Shown piece by piece: positions 1 to 9,293 of a DNA stretch of 46,614 nt. Made by a program: the position numbers and the translations under genes. Source of the DNA: an uncultured Chitinophagaceae bacterium (GTDB lineage: Bacteria; Bacteroidota; Bacteroidia; NS11-12g; UBA9320); assembly GCA_964647785.1 (NCBI GenBank), contig CAZYJD010000008.1:1-46614 (forward strand), read 5' to 3'. Under the pieces are notes generated by a model that was given only the letters and a program-made list of their open reading frames with translations, was not told the origin of the DNA and did not search any database. Each line of letters opens with the position of its first letter. Positions within the stretch are counted from its first letter, which is position 1.

Positions 1-20
1 ATCAAGCTCACCAATATGCA

Positions 21-1040
21 ATGGCAAGCCTACTGCTTTTAGGGGTTGCGAGCTTGGTGAAGGTAACTTCCGGTATTTATCTGGTTGCAAGCTGGATGAC
101 CATTTGTTATGCGTTATGGAAAGCACCGGTCGAGAGAAAATGGATCAAATACGGCTTGTTCAGCCTTGTATTTTTAATGGTGGCATTGGGGGTTGCGGTA
201 TACGATTATTATTGGGTGCATAAAATAAATATCGATTACTACGCACCAGTATTCATGAGCAAAATAAACCCGGTAAAAAGTCTGAATGAATGGAGGGATA
301 TTTTTAGTGCAATGAGGTTTTGGGATCGAGAGTATTACAGTACTCCCCAGTACATTTTTGCATCTTTTACATTATTGATTTCAGGCATTCGCACCGGTCG
401 TAAATTGAGAAAACTCTTGCAATCAGAGGTGTATGTATTCACCTCATTGCTTATCATAGGAATTCTGATTTGGAGCATCCTCTTCGGAAAACAGCTACCC
501 GATCATGATTACTATTTTCTGAGCTCTTTTTATCCGTGGCTAGGCATCATGATGCTGATTGAAAGCAGAAGCATCATGAAACGGGAAGGTTGCATGGGAG
601 GTTTGCTTTGGCTGTTTCTGGGAATATCCGCATTCAGCATCGGTGCAACCCAATTTGAAAAAAGGCAAGATGACCATTATGTGAATGGTTTTACTACTGT
701 GGACAATCATGTGGATTGGCTAAAAAAAGCAAAACTGCCTGATAATTTGATTGGAAAAAATGAACTCATATTTGTGTTTTATGAGTTTGAGCCCAATCTA
801 TCTTTGGTTTATTTTGACCGAAGAGGGATGGTATTTAACCATGAAGAAATGAGCCGTAAAACTGATCATATTGAATATTGGGGAAAACGATTGCAACCCG
901 CATACATCATCATTCGCAACATTTGGATTTCGAACTTAGAAAATGATCAAGCTGCACTTTTTTCTGATATGAAGAAAGTGTATGAGACCAATGATTTTAC
1001 TGTTTACAAAAGCCCTGCGCAATGGACGTTGAAGCCGTAA
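21..1040 (+). CDS. Hypothetical polytopic membrane protein: about six N-terminal TM helices and a ~140-aa C-terminal soluble domain. The frame stays open to the window edge, so the N-terminus may be truncated.
   Basis: 339-aa ORF with several hydrophobic 20-aa stretches (LLLLGVASLV..., LFSLVFLMVALGVAV..., FTSLLIIGILIWSILF..., LLWLFLGISAFSIG...). There is no in-frame stop between nt 3 and 21. No recognisable catalytic motif. Confidence 0.5.
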   Translation: MASLLLLGVASLVKVTSGIYLVASWMTICYALWKAPVERKWIKYGLFSLVFLMVALGVAVYDYYWVHKINIDYYAPVFMSKINPVKSLNEWRDIFSAMRFWDREYYSTPQYIFASFTLLISGIRTGRKLRKLLQSEVYVFTSLLIIGILIWSILFGKQLPDHDYYFLSSFYPWLGIMMLIESRSIMKREGCMGGLLWLFLGISAFSIGATQFEKRQDDHYVNGFTTVDNHVDWLKKAKLPDNLIGKNELIFVFYEFEPNLSLVYFDRRGMVFNHEEMSRKTDHIEYWGKRLQPAYIIIRNIWISNLENDQAALFSDMKKVYETNDFTVYKSPAQWTLKP

Positions 1041-1375
1041 GGGCCTTTTGCCTTTCTATGCCTCACTGCACAGAAGATTTTCCATTTGACCAAGACACCC
1101 TTGTTTTTCGTGTGGGCGGAAAAATATTCGCCATACTTCCCTTGGATAATGGTTATGAAATCAATTTAAAATGTGATCCGGATAGAGCTTGTGAACTCAG
1201 AGAAATGCATGCTTTCATCAGGCCCGGTTTTCATATGAACAAGAAGCACTGGAATACCGTATTGTTTAGCAGAATCTCAAACCATCAAATGATTCATGAT
1301 ATGATCATCCACTCATATGAATTGGTGCACAAGGGATTGAGCCAGAAAGTAAAATCTGAATTATCCAGAAAATAA
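1022..1375 (+). CDS. MmcQ/YjbR-family small DNA-binding-like protein (DUF419-like).
   Basis: 117-aa ORF whose length and motif pattern (FRVGGKIFAIL...HMNKKHWNTV) match the MmcQ/YjbR family. It overlaps the upstream ORF by 19 nt and is followed by a hairpin terminator. Confidence 0.65.
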   Translation: MDVEAVRAFCLSMPHCTEDFPFDQDTLVFRVGGKIFAILPLDNGYEINLKCDPDRACELREMHAFIRPGFHMNKKHWNTVLFSRISNHQMIHDMIIHSYELVHKGLSQKVKSELSRK

Positions 1376-1415
1376 AATGCCGGAATCCAAAGGGAAACCG
1401 GCATTGCTTTTATTA
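1376..1415. terminator. Bidirectional intrinsic terminator between convergent genes.
   Basis: aatgccgg(1376-1383)...ccggcatt(1398-1405) forms an 8-bp stem followed by gcttttattatt. On the minus strand the same hairpin is followed by attttat. It lies between the stops of the 1022..1375(+) and 1427..2377(-) genes. Confidence 0.5.
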
Positions 1416-1426
1416 TTAAGAATCAA

Positions 1427-2377
1427 TTATTCTGTAATCAGCTTGTCAATGATGTGAAGTACACCATTGGTGCCGTATACATTGGTAACTGTTACATTGA
1501 TATCACTGTTAATTTTAAGGCTTCCCGCAGAACCGGAAACAGTCATGTCATATCCATCAGTTTTAACCACACCGGGTTGAATGGAAGCAGATGTAATTGC
1601 GCTACCAGTAATCACATGGTTTTTCATCATTTTACTGGTTTCAATTGGATTCATACGAGCGATGGTTACATTCTTATTGGATACATATGCTTGGACTGCC
1701 GCATTGTTCGGAGCAAAAACAGTAAGCAATGCTGAGTTGTCATTCCATTCATCGCGGAACTTTTTAGAAGAGGCCTGATTGCTTACCACGCCTGCTGCTG
1801 AGTGGAATTCTTTTAAATCGCCATTGTTATTCATTTGTGCATAAACAGTGGGCGGAAGAAGCGCTCCACCACCAATGAAATGAACGATTCCGTTGGTAGA
1901 AACGGAGGTGGTATTGATGGAATGCGTTCCATTGATATTCACGAGCTCACCGTTCTTAACAAAATACAGGCTCAGACCTTGTCCTGCGGGTCCTCCTTTG
2001 TTCTCAGAACTCATATAACCTTTCATGGGCATATCCGTTGCATTTACTTTACCTGCGAGCATGTGATATTGAAGAATGGCTTTTAGTTCTTCGGCGGTAA
2101 AATCATCTACCGTTATGATGCCGGCATCTCTCATCATTTGATTATCGGGAGCAAACAATGTATACTCTTGCGAACCATTAAATGCAGTCTCTAGACCCGC
2201 CTTTTGAATGGCAGCAACCAAGGTAGAATAATTGGCGTCAGCTTCAATAATGGCCATGCTGTTGAGGGTTGGAATGGGTTCGGGTTCTTCGCCAGCTTCT
2301 TCACCGCAAGAAGACCAAAATAATGTACCGATGGTCAACAAGGCCATCAGCATCATAGAAATGTGTTTTTTATTCAT
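1427..2377 (-). CDS. Fasciclin (FAS1) domain lipoprotein with two FAS1 repeats.
   Basis: Lipoprotein signal MNKKHISMMLMALLTIGTLFWSSC. FAS1 hallmark motifs TLFAPDNQ and TVFAPNNAAV occur with two-domain periodicity. Confidence 0.75.
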   Translation of the reverse strand: MNKKHISMMLMALLTIGTLFWSSCGEEAGEEPEPIPTLNSMAIIEADANYSTLVAAIQKAGLETAFNGSQEYTLFAPDNQMMRDAGIITVDDFTAEELKAILQYHMLAGKVNATDMPMKGYMSSENKGGPAGQGLSLYFVKNGELVNINGTHSINTTSVSTNGIVHFIGGGALLPPTVYAQMNNNGDLKEFHSAAGVVSNQASSKKFRDEWNDNSALLTVFAPNNAAVQAYVSNKNVTIARMNPIETSKMMKNHVITGSAITSASIQPGVVKTDGYDMTVSGSAGSLKINSDINVTVTNVYGTNGVLHIIDKLITE

Positions 2378-2426
2378 GTGCTAAAATTTGTCCGAAAATA
2401 TGGTTTTCATCTGAACTCAAAGCCCC

Positions 2427-3167
2427 ATGAAATTTATTTTCGCACTTCTTAGAGTAAATTTACAAACAGCTTTGAAGAAAATAGAACGAGTAATCATAGG
2501 CTATCGCTTTGATTTTTATGCTGATGGCGTGATTCACTGGCCTGAACGCAATACCTTAATCATAAGTGACCTACATGTTGGGAAAAGTACCCATTTCAGA
2601 AAAAATGGTTTGCCACTCGGTCCTGAGAACTTTGAAAATGACGTGGGTAAATTGTCCGCCATGCTCGATTCTCTTCGCGTTGAAGAAGTATTATTATTGG
2701 GTGATGTTTTTCACAGTACCTCTAACTGGGAGCACGATGTATTTCATCAATTTCTTACGGAAAGGAAAGAAAAATTTGTTTTGATAGCCGGCAATCATGA
2801 TCGTCACAGCCTTAAAAATGATCCAACTACTGCAAGTCATTTTAGTAAAGTTGTTCATCGCATGCCATTGGGGCCCTTTTTGTTTTCTCACGAACCGATA
2901 GAACAAGGCGATCTATTTAATTTCTGTGGGCATTTGCATCCTGCATTTCGCCTAAAAGGAAAGGGACGTCAAAGCATAAAAGCCCGATGCTTTGTTTTGG
3001 GGAAAAGGCAGTGCATTTTACCTGCATTTGGTGCTTTGAATGGCAGCGCTTTAGTTGAACCAAAACAGAGCGAGGCAGAAGTTCTTCTATTGATCGGAGG
3101 TGAAATTCATCCTCATCGATTGCGTAATTCAGCAACAAATAAAACATCTCCTCCGATATCTCTTTGA
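2427..3167 (+). CDS. Calcineurin-like metallophosphoesterase, PdeM-like (ligase-associated DNA damage response endonuclease family).
   Basis: Motifs IISDLHVGK, LLLGDVFHS and IAGNHDRH are spaced as in PdeM-type phosphoesterases, and the ~230-aa length fits. The true start may be an internal Met. Confidence 0.6.
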   Translation: MKFIFALLRVNLQTALKKIERVIIGYRFDFYADGVIHWPERNTLIISDLHVGKSTHFRKNGLPLGPENFENDVGKLSAMLDSLRVEEVLLLGDVFHSTSNWEHDVFHQFLTERKEKFVLIAGNHDRHSLKNDPTTASHFSKVVHRMPLGPFLFSHEPIEQGDLFNFCGHLHPAFRLKGKGRQSIKARCFVLGKRQCILPAFGALNGSALVEPKQSEAEVLLLIGGEIHPHRLRNSATNKTSPPISL

Positions 3168-4246
3168 TCGAGGTAAGTCTGTTTTACCACATGCAGGCCC
3201 AATTCAGCTTCAAACCATTGCAGATTTTCTTCATTCTCGGTTTCATACACACTGCATGTGATGTATTGAATGATACCATTTGATTGGAGATATTTAGCAG
3301 CTCCCAGCACAATAGCCCTTTGCAGTTGCTGGTACTCCTTTAATTTAGTGCTATCAAAAAAACACAGAGACTCAGGATTTCGCCTCCATGTGCCGCTGCC
3401 CGAACAAGGCACATCGGCAATGATGTGATCAAATTTCGATGGCAAATGAGGCGGGAGTTTAAACCCAGGCAAAGATGGATCTGCCACAAATACCTTGGGC
3501 CTTACCGAGCGCGATTGAAAGCGTTTTTTCAGATTTTCAAGGATCGATTCACGAACATCGCTTGTAAAGATTTGATGCGCCTCGTAATTATCTGCAACAA
3601 AGAGGGATTTACCACCTGAGCCCGCACAACAATCCCAAATCAACGCTCCCTTCTGCACAGGAATGAAATTGGATGCCATTTGAGATGCGATATCCTGTAC
3701 TTCAAAAGAGGTAGGCGACATTAAACTTGCCAGATCAGTCGAAATCGGGAGGGCGAAAGAATTTTTTATAGGACCTGCCTGAGAACCAACCGGCGCAATG
3801 GCATTATTCAGTGTTCGGAACCAAAGTTTAGGCAGTTGAAATAACCAAGTTGGATTGTGGTCCTTCAATTGAGTAGACCATTGTTCAAATGCAGGAAAGA
3901 TCTGCGATAATTTAAGGTCAGGATACAGACGTTGTGCTGAATGCCACCTGATCATATCCCCGTCCTCGGCCAATGCCAATGCTTCAAATTCACTGAAGTC
4001 GAAAGCCCCTGGATACAAAAGATCCAGCTTCAACAACCAGGCACCCAACTCCCATTTCAAATCGTTTCCCTTACGCCATTGTCCAGTTCTCAGATAGGCG
4101 TAGCAGTAGTCCCGATAAAATCTTCGGTCTCTGGAGCCGAAATTTCTATGCGAGCGGAAGTATTTACGGATATATGGGTCAAATGGCAGACCAGCATTGT
4201 AAGAGCGCATGATTTCTCGCGCTATTTCCTTTTTTCTGGCAAACAT
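3113..4246 (-). CDS. RsmB/NOP2/Sun-family SAM-dependent RNA (cytosine-C5) methyltransferase (no NusB-like N-terminal domain).
   Basis: SAM-binding motif DCCAGSGGKS and catalytic motifs DVPCSGSGTWRRNPE...TCS. The 3' end overlaps the 2427..3167 ORF by 55 nt (convergent). Confidence 0.85.
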   Translation of the reverse strand: MFARKKEIAREIMRSYNAGLPFDPYIRKYFRSHRNFGSRDRRFYRDYCYAYLRTGQWRKGNDLKWELGAWLLKLDLLYPGAFDFSEFEALALAEDGDMIRWHSAQRLYPDLKLSQIFPAFEQWSTQLKDHNPTWLFQLPKLWFRTLNNAIAPVGSQAGPIKNSFALPISTDLASLMSPTSFEVQDIASQMASNFIPVQKGALIWDCCAGSGGKSLFVADNYEAHQIFTSDVRESILENLKKRFQSRSVRPKVFVADPSLPGFKLPPHLPSKFDHIIADVPCSGSGTWRRNPESLCFFDSTKLKEYQQLQRAIVLGAAKYLQSNGIIQYITCSVYETENEENLQWFEAELGLHVVKQTYLDQRDIGGDVLFVAELRNR

Positions 4247-5541
4247 CAGGGCTGTACTTCCTGAAGCTTCCCTTCTTCAAAACGATACATTCTTGCATTG
4301 TCATTTTGCATGCAATTGCCCTCCAATTTGAAGGCATAAGAAGTAAAAGCATAATGCAAATTGTAATCATCTATGAACGATGCAAAGTGCTGGCCGAAAG
4401 CCATCAGTGCCTCGCCAAAAAAACGGAACTGATCGTAACCAAGCAAGGCTAATTCTGCTGGTGGAATGGCGTATTTATCGACATATCTCTTTCTAATTTG
4501 GTTCACGGCATCCACCTCTTCATATTGCCCTGAAGAAGAAATCACTTGAACGTTTAATTTCTCCCAAAAGCTATAGTCATTGTTGGTGAAAGTCAACCAT
4601 TTTTGGTCGCCATAAACCACCGCTTCTTTCCCGTGGGCAATGATCTTTCCCGATATCACGCTGAGTGTATTTTGATCATCAGTGGCAATGAATACAGGCA
4701 AGCCATCTCTTTTCAGGTACTTAGACCACTCAATCCATTTTGATCCTTCGGCAATGATGTAGGGGTGGTTGCTATTTTTCAATTCACGAATGAGTATCGG
4801 AGTAAAATTTTGATCAAATCGACTGTTGTCTCTCACAATGATCAGCTGTTCATCCGGATGTTGTGTTTGAAGAGCATTAACGAGGGTTTTGGCTTTTATC
4901 ACTGAACCCGGAATGTTGTTATAGAAGTACTGATTTTTTACGGGCAGGGAATCAACCGCAGTAAGCGGTGAAAAAACCGGTATTTTATTTTGGGCTGCAA
5001 AGGAGGCCATCAAGCTCATATGATCTTCCTGAATGGGTCCAACGACGAGGTCCATGCGATCCAATTTACCAGAGGCGATTAAGTCCTTCAGCTTATTGGT
5101 ATCATTTTGATTATCGAAAACATGAAAGTTCAATTTCAAGCCTTCTGTTTCCAGTTCCTCTATGGCTAGCAAGGCACCCGAGTAATATTCATACATGAGG
5201 GCCGATCTCTTTTTTGCAATGGCAGAGTTAAAGCCCAGCTGAAAAGGTAATATGAGCGCCAGGTTGTAGGACTCTTTTCTTGGCGGAACCATGAATACCT
5301 TGCCTTGGTATTCGGTATGAATGAGTTGTTCATCTTTGTCATGGAGCTTATGCGAAGCACTTTTCTCGCTTGCATCTTGTGCTTCAGCCTCAGTGATTTC
5401 TTCTTTCACTGTTTCGTGATTTACTGAGCGAGCTGAATTTCTTGCGATGCTGCATGAAGAAACATACAACAACAAGAGCAGCAGATATTTTTTATTCCCA
5501 TTCAATGGTAGACGGGGGCTTGGAACTAATGTCATAAACAA
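4246..5541 (-). CDS. Type-I periplasmic binding protein-like lipoprotein (LivK/ANF-receptor fold). No ABC permease or ATPase partner is adjacent.
   Basis: Signal/lipobox ...[18 protein letters not shown], followed by an alternating alpha/beta PBP-like pattern ([10 protein letters not shown]..., DLVVGPIQ..., IPVFSPLTA...). Beginning at the annotated ATG would overlap the guaA 3' end by 50 nt. An in-frame TTG at ~5521 (M/LNGNKKY) is an alternative start. Confidence 0.5.
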   Translation of the reverse strand: MFMTLVPSPRLPLNGNKKYLLLLLLYVSSCSIARNSARSVNHETVKEEITEAEAQDASEKSASHKLHDKDEQLIHTEYQGKVFMVPPRKESYNLALILPFQLGFNSAIAKKRSALMYEYYSGALLAIEELETEGLKLNFHVFDNQNDTNKLKDLIASGKLDRMDLVVGPIQEDHMSLMASFAAQNKIPVFSPLTAVDSLPVKNQYFYNNIPGSVIKAKTLVNALQTQHPDEQLIIVRDNSRFDQNFTPILIRELKNSNHPYIIAEGSKWIEWSKYLKRDGLPVFIATDDQNTLSVISGKIIAHGKEAVVYGDQKWLTFTNNDYSFWEKLNVQVISSSGQYEEVDAVNQIRKRYVDKYAIPPAELALLGYDQFRFFGEALMAFGQHFASFIDDYNLHYAFTSYAFKLEGNCMQNDNARMYRFEEGKLQEVQP

Positions 5542-7030
5542 CCCTATTGATTCCTTTAACGTTATTAATTATGGCTGAAGAAGTTTCAGCTAAAAATTGG
5601 TGTGGTAAATCAGCCCAATCTGCCGTCATACCATCCACGGAAGTAACCGCTCTCAGACAAATGACATTCTCATAGGTTCTTTCATCACCCATAACGCCTA
5701 CTGATCGCACTGGCAAATAAATCGCTCCTGCCTGCCATACTTTATCATATAGGCCGTATTCTTTCAATCCTCTGATAAATATATGATCTGCCTCTTGTAG
5801 AATACGCACCTTATCAGCAGTGATGGCATCTATGATTCTGATCGCCAAACCTGGTCCCGGAAATGGATGTCTGCTTATGAATTGATCTGGTAAATTGAGT
5901 TCATTCCCAATTGCCCTAACTTCATCCTTAAACAACATTCTCAGAGGTTCCACTAGTTTCAACTTCATTTTTTCAGGCAGGCCACCTACATTGTGATGAG
6001 ATTTAATGGTAGCGGAGGGACCTTTCAGCGATACAGATTCAATCACATCGGGGTAAATGGTTCCCTGACCCAACCAAGATACATCATTCAACTTGTGAGC
6101 TTCCTCATCAAAGACTTCAATAAACATGCCACCGATGATTTTTCGTTTCTGTTCAGGTTCACTTATTCCGTCAAGTGCTTCCAGAAAACGCCCTGAGGCA
6201 TCCACACCGATGATGTTTAAGCCGAGAACTTTATATCCTTCCAACACCTCCTCATACTCGTGTTTACGCAAGAGGCCGTTGTTGACGAAAATGCAGTACA
6301 ACTGTTCGCCTATTGCTTTATGGATAAGGGTTGCGGCAACCGTTGAATCCACTCCGCCAGATAGCCCCATGACCACCTTGTCGTTGCCAATCAGCTGTCT
6401 TATTTCCTCAACGGTACTCTCTACAAAATGTGCCGGAGTCCAATCGCCTTGGCAACCACATATCTCGTAAACGAAATTATGCAGCAACTGCTTTCCTTGT
6501 AAGCTATGCGTAACCTCAGGGTGAAACTGTATGCCGTAGATCTTTTTTTCCTTATGAGAAAAAGCGGCAACAGGTATGGTTTGGGTATGAGCAATGATTG
6601 TCCATTCATCAGGCAAAAAAGTTATGCTATCGGCATGCGACATCCAAACCTGTGTATCTTCATCCAGTAAATGAAGCAGGCCATGATCAGCACTTTTTTT
6701 CATTCTTGCCCTGCCATATTCTCGTATGGCTGAGGTTTCTACCTTTCCACCGCTTTGGCGGGCGATCAATTGTGCACCGTAGCAGATCCCCAGAACGGGG
6801 ACAGGCAAATCAAAAAGATCCCAACTGGGTACTGGGGCATCTTCTTCACTCACGGAACAAGGGCTGCCACTTAAAATAACTCCTTTGATATCTGCATTGA
6901 GCTCCAAAGGATGGTTGTAAGGATGTATTTCACAATAGACATGTAATTCTCTCAATCTTCTAGCGATGAGCTGTGTATACTGTGAACCGAAATCGAGTAT
7001 GAGTATGGTCTCCTGCATGCTTTCTATCAA
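5492..7030 (-). CDS. guaA: GMP synthase (glutamine-hydrolysing).
   Basis: N-terminal class-I glutamine amidotransferase ([27 protein letters not shown]...CYGAQL...HPE) and ATP pyrophosphatase P-loop SGGVDSTV. The C-terminal dimerisation domain ends ...IEWE. Length 512 aa. Confidence 0.97.
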   Translation of the reverse strand: MIESMQETILILDFGSQYTQLIARRLRELHVYCEIHPYNHPLELNADIKGVILSGSPCSVSEEDAPVPSWDLFDLPVPVLGICYGAQLIARQSGGKVETSAIREYGRARMKKSADHGLLHLLDEDTQVWMSHADSITFLPDEWTIIAHTQTIPVAAFSHKEKKIYGIQFHPEVTHSLQGKQLLHNFVYEICGCQGDWTPAHFVESTVEEIRQLIGNDKVVMGLSGGVDSTVAATLIHKAIGEQLYCIFVNNGLLRKHEYEEVLEGYKVLGLNIIGVDASGRFLEALDGISEPEQKRKIIGGMFIEVFDEEAHKLNDVSWLGQGTIYPDVIESVSLKGPSATIKSHHNVGGLPEKMKLKLVEPLRMLFKDEVRAIGNELNLPDQFISRHPFPGPGLAIRIIDAITADKVRILQEADHIFIRGLKEYGLYDKVWQAGAIYLPVRSVGVMGDERTYENVICLRAVTSVDGMTADWADLPHQFLAETSSAIINNVKGINRVVYDISSKPPSTIEWE

Positions 7031-7114
7031 AAGGCAAAATTAGACAAAAAGCACGGGGGTAACCCACACAAAAACTTTAAACAACCCCCAATTAAGAGGA
7101 AGTTACCTACAGCT

Positions 7115-7807
7115 TTAGTCTTCTGTGAATTTATAGCCTACCCCACGGAGTGATTTAAAATATTTTGGGGTTTTAGGATCAGGTTCAAAATACTTGCGAA
7201 ATGCGAGGATAAAATTATCAATGGTGCGTGTAGAAGGATAAACAGAGTACCCCCAAACGGTTTGAAGAATTTTCTCTCTTGAAACAACTTCATTTTTGTT
7301 TTCTATCAGTAGTTTAAGCAGCAAGGCTTCCTTCTTGGTGAGTACAAACGGACCATTTACCCCGCGGGCCTCATAAGAATCGAAGTTGATATAATTGGGA
7401 CCAAACTCATATTCGCTCGGGGCATTTTTCACTTCAGGTGCCTCATTTCGATCCAGTAATTTTTGGATGCGAATAAGAAGTTCGTCCAGATTAAAAGGTT
7501 TCGTAAGGTAATCATCTCCACCCTTTTTCAAGCCCATGATGCGATCTTCAGGGGTGCTTTTTGCAGACAAGAATAAGATTGGAATTCTATCGTCCTGCAG
7601 TCGGATGTTTTCACAAACAGCTAAGCCATCAATATTGGGTATCATGATATCCAGGATTACTAGATCAAATTTTTGTTCTTTAAAAGTTGATACTGCTGCA
7701 ATGCCATCGTGAACCACAACCGGGTGGTGGCCCTCGAGTTCGAGATTCATTTTAATCACATCTGAAAGACTTTTCTCGTCTTCTACCAGTAAAATCCTTT
7801 TTTTCAT
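7115..7807 (-). CDS. OmpR/PhoB-family response regulator (receiver domain plus winged-helix DNA-binding domain).
   Basis: MKKRILLVEDE...DLVILDIMIPNIDG receiver motifs. The C-terminal winged helix ends ...RGVGYKF. Confidence 0.9.
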   Translation of the reverse strand: MKKRILLVEDEKSLSDVIKMNLELEGHHPVVVHDGIAAVSTFKEQKFDLVILDIMIPNIDGLAVCENIRLQDDRIPILFLSAKSTPEDRIMGLKKGGDDYLTKPFNLDELLIRIQKLLDRNEAPEVKNAPSEYEFGPNYINFDSYEARGVNGPFVLTKKEALLLKLLIENKNEVVSREKILQTVWGYSVYPSTRTIDNFILAFRKYFEPDPKTPKYFKSLRGVGYKFTED

Positions 7808-7853
7808 AATGTTATGGCTAAATCGTTGATGTCGTAAAAATAGACAAAAGCCA

Positions 7854-9017
7854 TCAATTCAATTTCCTATTATCGTCACACTTTAAACGAATGAAAAAAC
7901 GAGATCCCTTTGGTTCGTTGGCTTCAACCCATACTTTGGCTTTCTGTTTGCGGAGCGATTCTTTGACAATAAACAGGCCCAAACCGGTCCCCTTGGTATC
8001 TCTAACCTCCTCATCCTGTACGCGATAGAATTTTTTAAATATGCGTTTCGCATCTTTTTTACTCACCCCTATTCCCTGATCAGCAACCTCAATGAGACAG
8101 AATTGATTCTGTTTGCTCAATTTCACAAAAACCGGTGCTGCATTCGAGTATTTGATGGCATTTTCAATTAAGTTATTGACCGCCATTCTTATGATGAAAG
8201 GATCTCCGTAATAATCAATGCTCGGCTCTATTTCTGTACTCACATCTGCTTTAATTGCAAAATTATTGCACGTTTTTTCCAGCATCTCCGAAAGTGAAAA
8301 ATGCACTTGATCATAGGTGTAACGCTCATTTTCAATTTGCATCGCCGTGAGCATATTTACCGTGAGATCATTTAAGCGTTCCGTGTTCTCGAGCGCATTC
8401 TCAAGCATTTGTTTTAGCATTTCAGGAGGCAGCTCACGTTTGATCATGGTTTGCAATAACAACTTCACAGTAGCAATCGGTGTTTTCAGTTCATGCGTAA
8501 CGGACAAGAGGAAGTTGTTTTGTTGCTTGTTGAGGTTGTAGATCATTCTTACACTGTAGTACACCCCATAAACACCCACTCCCACTAGCAGTGCCAGCAG
8601 CAGTGATTCGAAGAGATAGATTCTTTTTTGATTTTCTCTTTCCTGTTCTAGTTTATTTCTTTTTGACGCAGAAATATTGATTTCCAGCAAAGTTTTCGGA
8701 CCATTTTGAAAAAAAAGCCCTGCATAATTGAAACCATAACGTTCTTGAATAAACCGCTTCACTTTCAGCGTATCTGCAACCAGTTGCAGGTCTCTCAAGT
8801 AAAAGGTGTCATTGTACACGCTACTTAATTCTCCTCTGCGCACAGACTCAATCAAGTTTAAAACACAATCTTGCTTGCCGGCTTTCAGTACCTGATTTTT
8901 GAGTTGATACTCATTGTTTGAGAAGTTGATCAATGAATACGTAAGCCAACCGAAAGCGGCCAGAACATAAAGCACGATGATAAAAAAGAAAAACTGAAGC
9001 CGCATGTTGGATGCCAA
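7854..9017 (-). CDS. Sensor histidine kinase with two TM helices flanking a ~100-aa extracytoplasmic region.
   Basis: H-box HELKTPIATVKLLL; N-box NLIENAIKYS; G-boxes DQGIGV and GTGLGLFIV. It sits immediately upstream of, and co-directional with, the response regulator. The start could be the Met at 9005. Confidence 0.9.
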   Translation of the reverse strand: MASNMRLQFFFFIIVLYVLAAFGWLTYSLINFSNNEYQLKNQVLKAGKQDCVLNLIESVRRGELSSVYNDTFYLRDLQLVADTLKVKRFIQERYGFNYAGLFFQNGPKTLLEINISASKRNKLEQERENQKRIYLFESLLLALLVGVGVYGVYYSVRMIYNLNKQQNNFLLSVTHELKTPIATVKLLLQTMIKRELPPEMLKQMLENALENTERLNDLTVNMLTAMQIENERYTYDQVHFSLSEMLEKTCNNFAIKADVSTEIEPSIDYYGDPFIIRMAVNNLIENAIKYSNAAPVFVKLSKQNQFCLIEVADQGIGVSKKDAKRIFKKFYRVQDEEVRDTKGTGLGLFIVKESLRKQKAKVWVEANEPKGSRFFIRLKCDDNRKLN

Positions 9018-9050
9018 AAATAAATGTTTATGTCATTACTTCGCCCCGCC

Positions 9051-9293
9051 ATGGACGAACTACCGAAAATCAGTAAAAGAATGCTGAGCCTCAGAAATGG
9101 GGTTGACAAAGATGAGATTTGGGTGGCCTATCGAGGTCTTGTATATGATCTTGGAGAGAGTCGTTTATGGAAAAACGGAAAACACTATGAGCATTGGGCT
9201 GGTCAGGATCTTACAGACGAGCTGAAGAACGCCCCTCATACCGAGCGCGTATTTGATCGCTTTAAGGCGATAGGGAGACTTACTGACAGCTAA
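9051..9293 (+). CDS. Small cytochrome b5-like heme/steroid-binding domain protein (bacterial ~80-aa family).
   Basis: The core VAYRGLVYDLGESRLWKNGKHYEHWAGQDLTDELKNAPH matches the conserved ...YKGKVYDVS..LWKGGKH....AG.DLT..L..APH pattern. The ORF track begins at 9024; I preferred the internal Met at 9051 on family length. The 3' end overlaps rpiB by 14 nt. Confidence 0.5.
   Translation: MDELPKISKRMLSLRNGVDKDEIWVAYRGLVYDLGESRLWKNGKHYEHWAGQDLTDELKNAPHTERVFDRFKAIGRLTDS

Noticed and set aside
1454-2086. Plus-strand ORFs (93, 65 and 83 aa) overlapping the fasciclin gene.
   Set aside because: They lie wholly inside a minus-strand gene with clear FAS1 motifs and a lipoprotein signal. They are typical spurious antisense ORFs.
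3113-3167. The 55-nt convergent overlap between the PdeM-like and RsmB-like genes as evidence of a frameshift or pseudogene.
   Set aside because: Both ORFs retain full-length conserved motifs. The overlap affects only C-terminal tails, so intact genes with overlapping 3' ends remain the simplest reading. It is flagged in the findings for checking rather than called a pseudogene.
7031-7114. Possible purine riboswitch or terminator between the response regulator and guaA (gcacgggggtaaccc...caaccccc).
   Set aside because: The gggg/cccc arms are separated by a ~25-nt loop, and no U-run or purine-riboswitch core (conserved junction Us and the pairing C/U) is recognisable. This is most likely just the guaA promoter region.
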